NCBI GenBank assembly: GCA_026936335.1 | Contig: JAPMXV010000009.1 | Location: 1 to 64,000, forward strand | Length of the DNA: 64,000 nucleotides | Origin: Mantamonas sphyraenae STR306 | Lineage: Eukaryota; Protista; CRuMs | Direction of reading: 5' to 3' | Shown: one piece after another, positions 46,194 to 57,459 of the stretch | Layout: each line of letters opens with the position of its first letter | Position numbering within the stretch: position 1 is the stretch's first letter | Program-made: the position numbers and the translations under genes | The notes under the pieces: generated by a model | What the model was told of the DNA's origin: nothing | Databases searched by the model: none | Seen by the model: the letters and a program-made list of their open reading frames with translations, nothing else

Positions 46194-48549
46194 ATGTTTT
46201 CTCGCAGAGCTCTACGCCACGCAGTGGTCGACTCTGCGCTGCTCACTCGCAGCAGCACATCCACGTCGCGTAGGGCGGGCCAGTCCTTGGTGACAACCCA
46301 AGCTCGCCAAGGCGCCAGTGCATTTCCAGGCGTCGTCTCTCGTGCATCCACATCGCACCTGTCCCGTGCCTCTCACACGGTGGCCGCACAAAGTGGCAGC
46401 TACACATGGACAGGCTGCTCTCCCGCGCTGCCTTCTTCTGTACGCATGATGGCCCTGTCCAACGCTGGCCGCTCCGCCGGCCTCTCGCCACTCGTTCCCC
46501 GTCGGCCCGCTGTGCAGAAACGTATGGTTCACTCGTGGAGCGTGGCCATGCAGCAGGAGGCAAGCACGTCTGCTTCCAGCAACGGGAGCACCGTTGTGCG
46601 TCTCCAGCGTCTCGAGAGCCTCGCCAACGCCAATCCTTTGTCCACCCGCGCCCAGCTCGCCTATCTCCGAGCTCTCAATCTCGAAATGCCGGAACAGGGT
46701 ACGTTGCCACTGGCTGTTGGCAGTCTGTACGCACCATTCCTCCACACCTCCACGCCTGCAGCATGCTTTTTGTGCCCCATCGTTCCTCTATGCCCTCTGG
46801 GGCCCTCGCTCGCGTGCTGATCCGATTGTTGACGCGCGCCCCTCCCACGCTCCACACTTCCCCACAGTCATCCAACGCGTCGAGTTTGCAAAGTACACGG
46901 ACAAACGCATTCTAATGGAGTACCTCAAGGCACTTGCACGCACTGGGAAACTGCGTCTGAGCGAAGGGGGCAGCGCCAAGGGCGCGCTGGCCACGGACAT
47001 GGGCACGTCGGCCAACCCGGTTTCGGTGATCATTTCCGAAGCCACAGGCAAGCAGGCGTGGCGCACAGTGCGCGTGATTGGTGTCACAGTGCTCGTGTTG
47101 GGCTTCATCAATGCCCTGATGGAGGACCACGGCGTCAACCGCGGCGGACCCTTCAACTCCAACCACGATGTGCCCATGGTCACAGAAACAGGCGTCACCC
47201 TGGACGACGTCAAGGGCGTGGAAGAAGCCAAGGAGGAGCTTCAGGAGGTGGTCAGTTTCCTGCGCAACCCGGAACGGTACACCTCCATGGGTGGCAAGTT
47301 GCCCAAGGGTGTTCTCCTTGTTGGCCCGCCAGGCACAGGCAAGACCCTGCTTGCACGCGCCGTCGCAGGGGAAGCCAAAGTTCCATTTTTCTATGTCAGT
47401 GGATCCGAGTTTGAAGAGGTGTTTGTGGGTGTGGGTGCCAAGCGCGTGCGCGAGTTGTTCGAACAGGCACGCAAGAACGCCCCGTGCATTATCTTCATCG
47501 ACGAGATGGACGCCCTGGGAGGAAAACGCAACGCAAAGGACCAGCAGTACGTGAAAATGACCCTCAACCAGCTGCTTGTGGAAATGGACGGGTTCCGTCA
47601 GGCCGAAGGTGTGGTTGTTCTCGGTGCCACCAATCTGCCCGAGGCCATGGACCCTGCCCTTCTGCGCCCCGGACGTTTCGACCGCGAGGTGGTTGTTGGT
47701 TTGCCTGACGTCCGTGGCCGCGAGGACATCCTTGGCGTGCACATTGCCAAGGTCAAGTTTGACACGGAAGCTGTGGATTTGAAGGTCATTGCACGTGGCA
47801 CACCTGGCTTCACCGGCGCCGATCTAGCCAACCTCATCAATGTTGCGGTGCTTCATGCCGTGGCGGAGGACAAGCCGCTCGTAAACATGGCGGATCTGGA
47901 GTGGGCCATCGACCGCATTGCCATGGGTTCCGAGCGCAAGTCTGCCATCATCGAGCCCGAAGATCGGAAACTCACGGCGTACCACGAGGGCGGTCACACG
48001 TTGGTGGCTCTGTTTACGGAAAAGGCCATGCCGCTGCACAAGGTGACCATCCTGCCGCGGGGCAAGGCCTTGGGCGTGACCAAACAGCTACCCAAGGGCG
48101 ACGTCAACTCGGTTTCACGCGCCGAGCTGCTTGCACGTCTGGACGTATGCATGGGCGGCACAGCGGCAGAGGAGCTGATCTACGGCACCGAGAATGTGAC
48201 CACCGGAGCATCGAGCGACTTGCAACAAGCCACCAACATTGCCAGGGCCATGGTCATGCGATACGGCATGAGCGAAGTAGTGGGCAAACAATCCATCAGC
48301 AGCGACGATTACATGATCATGAGCGACGCGGAAAAGAAGCTGATCGACCGGGAGGTGACTGCGTTGCTGACCGCATCGTACGAGCGTGCAAAGCAGCTGT
48401 TGGCCGACCACGAGGAACAACTGCACGCGTTGGCCAATGCTCTGTTGGAATTGGAGAACATGGATGTGAAGCAGGTGCGTGCGGCCATTGGCATGCCCGA
48501 GGGCGACGAGAAGAAGACGACAACGACGACGACCAAGGCAGGCGAGTGA
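46194..48549 (+). CDS. YME1: Mitochondrial i-AAA protease YME1/FtsH4
   Basis: Arg/Ser-rich presequence; intron 46699-46867; single TM; Walker A GPPGTGKT, Walker B IIFIDE, SRH LRPGRFD, zinc motif HEGGH. Confidence 0.95.
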
Positions 48550-48601
48550 AACAGAGGCGAAGAAGCAGGAGGCCACAACAAAATCAGAGTGAAAATGCAA
48601 A

Positions 48602-49762
48602 TTACATGAAAGACAATGTCACACCAAGCACAACATCGATGGCAAGCTGTGTACACCAGTCCAGAGGTGAGGACGAGGAAGGTTTGTCGGCGCTTGACGA
48701 CACGCTCCCATCTCCGTCCTGGCCCTGGACGGCATTCTGATCGGCAATCCGTTGCATGATTTCGTCGGTGGCCGCACGCAGCTGGACTGTGTCCAGGCGG
48801 TTGGAGAGGTGGCGGACCTTGGCCTGGTGAAGGGCGGGTTGGAGAGTGGCTTCGTCGATGTGTGGCACCTGAAAGTCTGGGTTGCCGCTGTAGTCCTTGG
48901 CACGCTGGAACATCCAATAGGCCTTGACGGGCTGGTCTGTGTCGTTGAGGGTGTAGGAGGCGAGGTTGTACATGGCGTCTGCGTGGCGATGGTCTGTGCT
49001 CGCTGTGTTCCAGGCCTGGATGGCTCCTGTGGTGTCGCCCAGCTCATGCAAGGCATTTCCCATGTTGAAGTACACGTCACCACGCACACTTTCGTCACGG
49101 TTGCTGCACTGCTCCCAGGCGCGGTAAAAGTCGACAGCGGCCTTGAGGGCCGACTGACGGCGTGTGGAGGACGATGCATCGTCATTGCTGTGCATGTCGT
49201 GGCTGCTGATGGCCAGTTGATAGCAGGCTGTGCCGTCACCGGCCCTGGCTGCCATGCGGAAGTAGTGCGAGGCCTTTTTCTGGTCGGCGTCAACTGGGTA
49301 CGTGGAGTTTCGCCCCAGCAAGTACATCTTGCCCAGCTGCACCTGCGTGGCCACGTCTCCCAGCTCGGCTGCTGCCTCCATCAATGCCAAGGCACCGTTG
49401 TAGTCTTGTTTGGCGTCGTTCCATTTGTCTGTGCTCAAAGCCACGAGCGTCTCTGCGCGCGCCTCTGTGCTTGTGCTTGCAAGGAGCGCGCCATACAGGC
49501 CCCGCTGGGCCTTGCACACCTCCAGACTCACACACCGCCTGCCTTCACGATCGTTGTCCACGATCCACTCGCAGTCGTCCGGCTTGACCTCAAACGCCAG
49601 CGCTTCCTTGTCCAGAAGTGTGCTGTCGCCCACGCGCACACTCAGCGTCTGCTTGCCAAACACCACTTTGAGCGTCCCAGACCTCTCTCCACTCCCGTCG
49701 TCCACAAGCAACTCTGCATGCACGGACCCTTCGTCCTCACTGGTGATGTGGATTGGAAGCAT
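48602..49762 (-). CDS. CS (p23/NudC-like) domain + Sel1/TPR repeat protein with a hydrophobic C-terminal tail
   Basis: N-terminal beta-rich LKVVF..QTLSVRV...VKPDDCEW.V...VSLEVCK. Sel1-like AAELGDVATQVQLGKMY, ASHYFRMAARAGD..ACYQLA and HADAMYNLA. Confidence 0.75.
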   Translation of the reverse strand: MLPIHITSEDEGSVHAELLVDDGSGERSGTLKVVFGKQTLSVRVGDSTLLDKEALAFEVKPDDCEWIVDNDREGRRCVSLEVCKAQRGLYGALLASTSTEARAETLVALSTDKWNDAKQDYNGALALMEAAAELGDVATQVQLGKMYLLGRNSTYPVDADQKKASHYFRMAARAGDGTACYQLAISSHDMHSNDDASSSTRRQSALKAAVDFYRAWEQCSNRDESVRGDVYFNMGNALHELGDTTGAIQAWNTASTDHRHADAMYNLASYTLNDTDQPVKAYWMFQRAKDYSGNPDFQVPHIDEATLQPALHQAKVRHLSNRLDTVQLRAATDEIMQRIADQNAVQGQDGDGSVSSSADKPSSSSPLDWCTQLAIDVVLGVTLSFM

Positions 49763-49826
49763 GACCGACGTTGGGGGCGCAAGGGCGCGGGAGCGGGACG
49801 AGCTTCATTCGGCACGGAACACACCC

Positions 49827-51394
49827 TTAGTCTCTTCCTCCGGTGTCTCGCACAATCACATCCCCAGGCACATCCTGCTCCACGTCCTCCTCCTGCTCCT
49901 GCTCTCCATCATCATCATCATCCTCGTCGTCGTCGTCGTCGTCGGCATCATGGTCGTACTCCTGGGCAGGTGTCCGCCTCTGCGCACCCCTACTCCCACG
50001 CGTGCTCCTTCGACTACTGCTACTCCTCGTCTCTGTGCCCCTGTTCATCCTGCTTGCACTCCTGCTGCTCCTTCCACTTCTGCCGCTGCTGCTGCTGCTG
50101 CTGCTTGTTTCCTCGGCGTCATTCTCGTCATTGACAGCCTCCATCGTGCGCCGAAGCTTGGACTCCTCCCTCTGCTCTTCCTCTTCCTCGCGCAAACGCT
50201 TGCGCTGCATCTTTTCCGAGCCCAGCTGTGTCGTCGTGCTCTGCAATCTGGAAACGCCCAGTTCGACGACGCTGACACCCGGAAGCGTAGGCCAGGAGCC
50301 CTTGCAATGGCGCGTTGGACACTCAAAGGGACCTGTGTGTGAATCTGAGCCGTCGACACCAAAAACCCTGCGGGCGCATCGAAGATGCATGGGGGCGTCG
50401 CAGCGCGTGCAGTGCTGCGCGACGAAACAGCGCTTCCTGCAATGGACACACAGACGTTCGTCGTCCTCGTCGCTTTCCTGGTCTTTGAAAAAGGTGAGAA
50501 GCAGGGTGTCGAGTTCGCCGATGGCCCGTGGGCCCAGAGCCACGCCTCTGAACAGGTCTCGTCCGTGTCGCGTAAAGTACTTCTCTTCCAACCATCCCTG
50601 CTGGAGCAGCTTGTTCAGAAACGGGTCCAGGATGGAGTTGGTGAGTCCGTGGACGTTGTCTTGCATGCCCATCTCTGCGGCCATGACTTTGCGCACGTGT
50701 GCGCGCAGACTCGGCACCGCACGCACCCCGCTGAGGCCGAACGACGCAGGCTCCTCGTCCTCGGCACGTTGACAGATATACACAAACTGGGAGGGTGAGG
50801 GACGGGAGAACGATTGTACAAGCACAGGGTTGGCAGGTGAGCATGTACATCCGTGTGAGCAGGTCATGTGCGGGCAGAGCGAGACGCCTCGGGACAGCGA
50901 CGTACCACCGTGTTGATCACGTTTCGCTCGAGCGGCGTAAAATCGGTGGCCAGGCTGCGTGGAAACACGTCGCTGTCGGTTCGATTGACCAACGAAACGT
51001 GTCCGACTCCATCAAGCTGCGACTGCGTAAACACAACCTGCAGACCCAGTGGATAGAGCTTGTAGTTGCACCGTTCGACCACATCCTTCATGCGCAGGAA
51101 GCTGGTGTCCAGCACCTCCATGTCCGCCATCTCCTCCCGTTGGATGTCCCTGAATGTGTCCACCAGAAACTCGAGGATCTTTGTGGCCTCGGCGACGGAC
51201 AGGGTGCGATTGTCCATCAGGGCTTGCAGGAAGGCTCTGTCCGGGTAAACCGCGCGCGTGTCAGCCACAGGCCATCCGCCTGTGTGGAAACACACACACA
51301 CACACACACCACACACAGCGCACACCCATACCCACCTGTGCACATCTGTGTAGGGGCCTTGGTCTTCTTCGGCGTCTGCTTCGTCGGAGCTCAT
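49827..51394 (-). CDS. NSE1: SMC5/6 subunit NSE1 with an acidic low-complexity tail; 3 exons
   Basis: Exons 51394-51336, 51236-50906 and 50786-49827. Spliced N-terminus YTDVHRAFLQALM, L.KL.QQGWL, LGPRAIGEL, and RING-like C..C...C..C...H..C...CP..C...W. Confidence 0.9.
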
Positions 51395-51718
51395 CCTGTG
51401 CTGTGCCCCCCAGCGCACAACCCGACGCCGATGAGCCATTACGACGACGACGACGACGACCTTGACTACGACGAGGAAGACGTTGCACTGTCGGACGACG
51501 ACTACGCCTACAGTGACGATGATGCCGACGACGACGACGACGATCAGGACTCGGAGCAGCAGCTTCAAAGCTACCTTGCGCGCGAACAAGAGTTTCGGTA
51601 AGTGGTGTGTTGGGCAGGAGGGGCACACGCTCGCCCACAAAGCACACGCGCACATGGCAACGTGTACCCTCATACTGGGCCTCACACACAAACACACAAA
51701 CACACACACACACACACA
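51291..51718. repeat. Two short (CA)n microsatellites inside the first introns of NSE1 and TEX9
   Basis: CA runs at about 51291-51318 and 51683-51718. Confidence 0.8.
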
Positions 51719-52866
51719 GGGAGATGAATGCAAGGCTGCAGGCGCAGCAGGCTGAGATTGTCAGCCGCGCAGAACAGGTTGTGTCTGAGCAGCAGAGCAG
51801 ACTGCGTGAAGCCATGGAACGCTCGTCTCCCAGTGGCCTGCGTGTATCGACCATGTCCATGGGATCGACGTCGTCGCCACGTGTGTCTGTGGGCTCGCCG
51901 AGCGCGTTGCTTCGTGCGAGCGCGGGAAGCAACGGCCTGCGGTCGCCTGGATCGCCGCATGCACGCACAGTGCGCTCAAGCTACGAGCAACGGTCGCCTG
52001 CGGTGCGCAACTACAGCCCCAACCCGTACGAGGCCACATCGCCTCTGAGACGCTCGTTGGGCAGCCAATTTAGCCAGAGCGAGCAGAGCAGCAGCCGGAA
52101 CAGCCGCTACGGCAACGACGAGGACAATGAGGAAGAGCAGGACGAGGACGAGGACATGGGCGACAACTCGCAGGAACAGGAGACACGCAGGACACGCGTG
52201 AGGAGTGCACATGGCCAACAACAACAACAACAACAACAGCCCGAACGAATGTTGGGGGACGATGCGATGCTGCGGTTCCAAAAGGCAAAGCTGGCAGTGC
52301 AGGAGGAGACCATTGGCAAGCTGAACGAGCAGCTGCGAGACCAGGAGGACGAAAACAGCAAACTGCGCAAACAAGTGGAGCAGTACGAAAAGAAGGAGCG
52401 GAGAAGCAGTGCAAAACGCAGCAGCGAAGGCGCACAGCTGGACAAGAAACAGCGGAAAATCGACAGCCTGCAGGAGGAGATCGCAGGGCTCAAGGCCAAG
52501 CTGGGTGGAGTGCAGAAGGAGCTTCGGGATGCACGACGTGTGATGAAGCAGCACGATGCAGAGACAAACACGCGGGAAGTGCGTCTCAACAGGGCGCTGG
52601 AAGAGATTGAACGTCTCAAGCAGCGCATCGCCAGCGTGCAGGAGGAGCAACGGGACGCCGACACGGAGCTGCGTGACAAGAACGACCAGCTGAGCGCAGA
52701 CAACAAGCGACTGGAGAAGCAAAAGACCGAACTGCTGAGCGCCTTCAAGAAACAGCTCAAGCTCATCGACGTCCTGCGGCGCCAGAAGATCCACATCGAA
52801 GCGGCGCGGCTGCTTGCGTTTTCCGAGGAGGAGTTTACGGCAATTCTGGACACGCAGTTGGTGTGA
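51431..52866 (+). CDS. TEX9: TEX9-like coiled-coil protein (cilium/basal-body associated family)
   Basis: Intron 51598-51719. C-terminal signature [42 protein letters not shown], plus [11 protein letters not shown]. Confidence 0.9.
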
Positions 52867-53009
52867 CAAATGAGAGCAATGGAGCAATGTGCAAAAACAA
52901 AATGAATGGTTCAGAGCCAAGCCCCAGCCGGCGCCGGGCGACTCAGGAAAACTTTTTTTTTCGAACTCGGCAAACCTCCCGGAGCGATCCGAACTTTGTC
53001 GAACGAAAC

Positions 53010-56000
53010 ATGGAGGACACAGCAGGAGTCGGTTTTACCGCGTTTCTTCAGGGGGAATTTGGCGTTCCCACTGAAATGTGGACGGGAGAACTGGCCGGGG
53101 TCACGTCGGTGAACGCTTTGCGGCAAAGCCTGGACGCACTGGGGACGAAGCGAAGCGAAGCCGAGGACTCGGGCGACCAGTGGACACCGGTTGTGCCGAA
53201 GCAAGACGGAACCGGAACGTCTGAGCAAACCACGACGGACGAGCGCAAAAGCAAGTTCACCAAAGCTGTGCTTGACGGGCTGGGTGAGGCGCTGCATGCG
53301 GCTCAGAAGGCGGTGGATGGCCAGGCCAAGGACAGTGAACCGGACATGGGCACCAAGACCAACGTGGTGACTGAAGCCAACCTGTCCCAGCTGATGACAA
53401 CTGTGTTTGACCACGGGGCTGAGCTGGAGAAAAAGTGGGCCGACTACCAGAATGGCCAAAAATCCACCAGCGGCACGCCCAAACGTCGTCGGCGACCGCC
53501 GCGACGACTGGTGGAGGACCTAGAGGCAGAAGCCACACAGGCTCGTGTGGAAGCGATGCTTCTGGAGACCGGCACGACCAAGGCAGGCGGCAGCTCATCG
53601 CGCAAGAGCAAGAAAGCAGGAAACGAGGAAGGCAGGGTTCTGCGCAGCGCCAAGGGTTCGCCCAAATCGGCGGCGGGCACGACGAAAGCACAAGGCAAGT
53701 CGCCACGTGCGGGCAAGCGAGCGGGCAATGCAAGCAACAGTGGCATGCAAACCGAAGCAAATGGTAGCAAGACAGCCAAACCGAAGCGACGACGTGGACG
53801 TCCACGTGCTGGCACGGGCAAGGGCGGCGCAGCAGCGCAACTTGGCAACAGCGGCGGCGGCAACGACGCAGCTGTCGCCCAACAATCCGCGAGCACCACC
53901 CTCAAGTCTACGGCCAGCACCAGCTCCACAGCCTCGACATCATCCACCACCACCTCGACAGCATCCGTCACATCCAATGGCACGGTGAGCACGAGCAACA
54001 GTGGCGCAGCAGGAGGCGGTGAAGTGCCAAGCAGCTCGTCTGCCCCAAAACGCAAGCCCAAAGCCTCGCCGTCGGCAGCCAAGCGACGTGCAGCCACAGC
54101 CGCCGCGGCCCTCAATGCGGCCGCTGCCCTCGAGGCAAGCAGTGCCAACGGCGCATCGATCACCCCTGTGTCTGTGCAGCGCGCTCAGAAGCACGCAGAG
54201 TCCCTCAAGCGCTCCATGGAGCGCTTCGAAGGCTTCAGCTGTGATTTTCACAGCGAGCGCAACCACGTGGCCTTCCGCGTCGATCTCGAGGGCCAGGAGA
54301 AGGCTGCATGCGACGGTTTCCTTGTACCCACCCCTGGCGATGGCATCGACTTTCTTTGCAACACCTGTGCCGGCCGCAAGGTCGCCTTCAAGAGCAAGAA
54401 GAGCAAACGAATGCTCGACGGCTGGAACGTCCAACGCCACCTGATGTCCCATATGGGGTAAGTATCCGTGTGCCTTTGCACCTTTCCGTCCACACATGCA
54501 ACCCGTGGGCCATCCAATGCCCTCTGTTGCCTCTCCCTGCATGACGATGTCCGTATCCACGCCCCGTGTGCCCCTTTTTTGCTTTGCTTCGCCGACCTGT
54601 CCGACGCTTCCCCACGCTTTCCCCCATTTTCACCGCGGCAAATCCGCGCGGGGATTTATTTCCCATCCGCTGCCTCGCCTACCCCCGCTGCATGCTTGTC
54701 TGCATACACACAGGCCTCGCCGCACATCAAACGACATGCTGTCACGCCGTGCGAGACGTGGACGAGCCCTTGGCTCCCGCGTGCGGGCGCCCTATGTGCA
54801 TGCAGAAAAAAGGGCCGGATTATGAGCAGAACATGGAGCCTTCGCGCGACTCGTGTGTTGCCCAGGCGCACTGTGTGCCCTCCAGCAGCACAACGCACCA
54901 CACATACTGACCGCATGCATACCCTCGCTGCATCCGTGCCTCCGCCACAGGGTGACCACTAAGGAACGCAAGCCACGCGAGCGCCAGTCCACGCCCGTGG
55001 ATGCCAAGCGCAAACGCAAGCGCACGCTGTCCACTTACAGCAACGCCAGCGCAACCAGTGTAAGCAGCGCAGGTGGAGCTTCGGTGGCAGGAAGCGTCAG
55101 CGGCGTGAGCTCAGCTGTGGCCGCAGCAGTAGCAGCAGCAGCAGCGGGCGGGAACGGCGTGCACAGCGACTCGGTGTCTCTCAAGTCGTCGTCGCCCAGC
55201 CTGGACGACAACGATGAGGCCAACGTCATGTACACTGCACCCTCACTTAGCATCCTGGACGACGGGACGGGCAACGAACCCACCGCAAGCGCAGGGCGAG
55301 GACCTGCAGGCAAACGCACACGCGTTTCCCTCGTCGGCCAGGGCATGACCATGAGCTCCAGCATGAATAGCATGGGCTCCCTTGGCTCGCCCGTGGCCTC
55401 CATGGACGAGCTGCAACACGCCGCAGCCGCGGCAGCCCTCGGCGACGACGACGACATGCCCATCGACGAGGAAGTATCTTCGTACAGCAGCAACGCAGGC
55501 GCCCCGACGGCCAACCGCAGCGCAGGCAAGCGGGCATCCAAGGGCACAGCCGCTCGCAATCTGCGCGCAGGCGCAAAGGGCGGCAAGTCCAAGGGAAGGA
55601 ACGGCAAGGCGCCGCCGGCCTCCAAATCGCCCGGCCGCCGCGCAGGCAAGCACGCGTCCAAGGCAGCCAAGGCAGCCAGTATGGATGCGCATAGCTTGGT
55701 CTCGCAGACTGCCTCATCAGGCAAGCAGTACATGATGTATGAAACCCACCACAACGGCAGCAGCAGCAGCAGCAGTACCAGCAGCAGCAAGGGACTGGCG
55801 TCCCACTCGCATCTCCACCACCAGCAACTTCAGCAACTTCAGCAACATCACACGCAGCAAAACGGCTCCCGAGGCGGCGCAGCACGCTCCTCCAATGGCA
55901 CCGGAGCCGGCGCACACCAGCATCTCGTCAACTCGCGCTACCCGCACAAGAGCGACTTGGGAATGGACCAGGCCATCCTTGGCATGGACTCCGGTCCCCT

Positions 56001-56349
56001 GTTGCACCTTAACCCGGGCGCCGATTCGTCAATGATGGACACCGACAACATGAGCAGCCGTGGCAGCAGCAGCAGCGGCACAAGCCACGTCAGCAACATC
56101 AACCATTATGAAACGTCCAGCCATCTCCACCACGGCTCACCCGAAGTCAACGACAACGACGAGGACATGATGCTGCGCTACCTTCACCACTCTGACCACA
56201 CAGGCGCCGAGAGTCCCACCAACGACGAAAGCGTCCTCAGCCTCGACATGATCAACGGCCGCAACAACCTCATGGATGAATCCACAGATCCACTCGACAC
56301 CGACGACCAGGATGATATGTTGATGTTTGGCCAGACGTTTGTCATGTGA
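53010..56349 (+). CDS. Putative nuclear DNA-binding protein: AT-hook, single CxxC...HxxxH zinc finger, extensive low-complexity regions; 2 exons
   Basis: Exons 53010-54457 and 54951-56349 (GG|GTAAGT...ACTGAC...CACAG|G, in frame). KRRRGRPR at about 53784-53807, CNTC...RHLMSH at 54357-54452, NLS-like KRKRKR. Confidence 0.75.
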
Positions 56350-56398
56350 TTGATGCGCGTCGCTGTCCTCTGCAACAAACTGTTTTTTGGATCTTCCA

Positions 56399-57401
56399 TC
56401 ACGCGGCCTTTTTCTCTTCCTCCTTCACCTCCTCAATCGAGCTGCTGCTCTTTTGTCCGTTCCACGCCGCGCGTGCCGTCTCCTCGTCTCCTGCGCCCAT
56501 CGACGTGATAAACTTCCTGTACGCGCTCGGCAGCTTCTCTGGTTCGTACACATACGCGTACATCACCACAGAGCACATCATTGCAAACAGCAGCGTCGGC
56601 CCATAGTCAAACGACTTGACATAGCCCCTGTGCATCGTAATATTCGTCAAGCCAGATGGGTACGTTGCACATGTGTGTCCCGCAAAAGTGTCAGCTGCCA
56701 GGCCTTGCCCTCCCGCTCGCACCACCCTCCGAAAAGGTCCGTCCGCCCTTGCATGGCCTCACACACTTGTCACACCACCCACCTGTTCTCCGCCGCCTCC
56801 CACGCAGACTCGGCCACGCGTGCGAGCACCCACAACGAAATGTCCACGCGTCGCGAGGGCTCGTCCAGCGCCAAGGCAGCTCCGGCCACCGCTGGGCGAG
56901 CCGTGCCCGTCCGTGTCAGCAACAACCCCGCACAGTACGTCCAATCTGCCACACACACGCCCACTCACCTCCGGCCACAAGGGTGTTCACTTCGTCATCC
57001 TTGCCCCGCAAGCGTCGCATTGTGCACAGCGTGCCCTTAAAGCCGCCGTTGAAGCACGCGAGGAAAAACGCAAAGCGAACCGAATCGGACCCCAGAGGAC
57101 GCGCCAGCTTCGACGGGCTGTGCGACCCAGATTACGCACAGAGACACAAAGAGTGAGTCAGCGAGAGAGGACGTGCACATGACCATCCCCGACATGTGCA
57201 CCATTGTCACCTCAGCGTCCTTGCGCGCACACACCACGCCTCGGAAACCTACTCTTTCAGGATCTTCATGATGCGTGTCAACACGCCCATTCCCGCCTTG
57301 ATGCCATATCCTGCCACGAGTGCACGAATCCACCCGTTGATGGCATTGTTCATGCAGCTTCCCTCGTGCTCGCAAAACTCGGTTGCTCCCTCTTCAGCCA
57401 T
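56399..57401 (-). CDS. TMEM135/PXMP4-family membrane protein (211 aa, N-terminal-half type); 4 exons
   Basis: Exons 57401-57253, 57117-56969, 56891-56783 and 56627-56399 total 636 nt. Motifs VRFAFFL..F.G.FK..LC.MRRLRGKDD.VN.LVAGAVAG, RRVDISLWVLAR and MYAYVYEPEKLPSAYRKFI. Only partly visible in the ORF track. Confidence 0.85.
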
Positions 57402-57459
57402 GGACGAATGGATTGTTTGTTTTCAGTTTGCCTGCGCCACCGCGACTCCATGCATGCAC

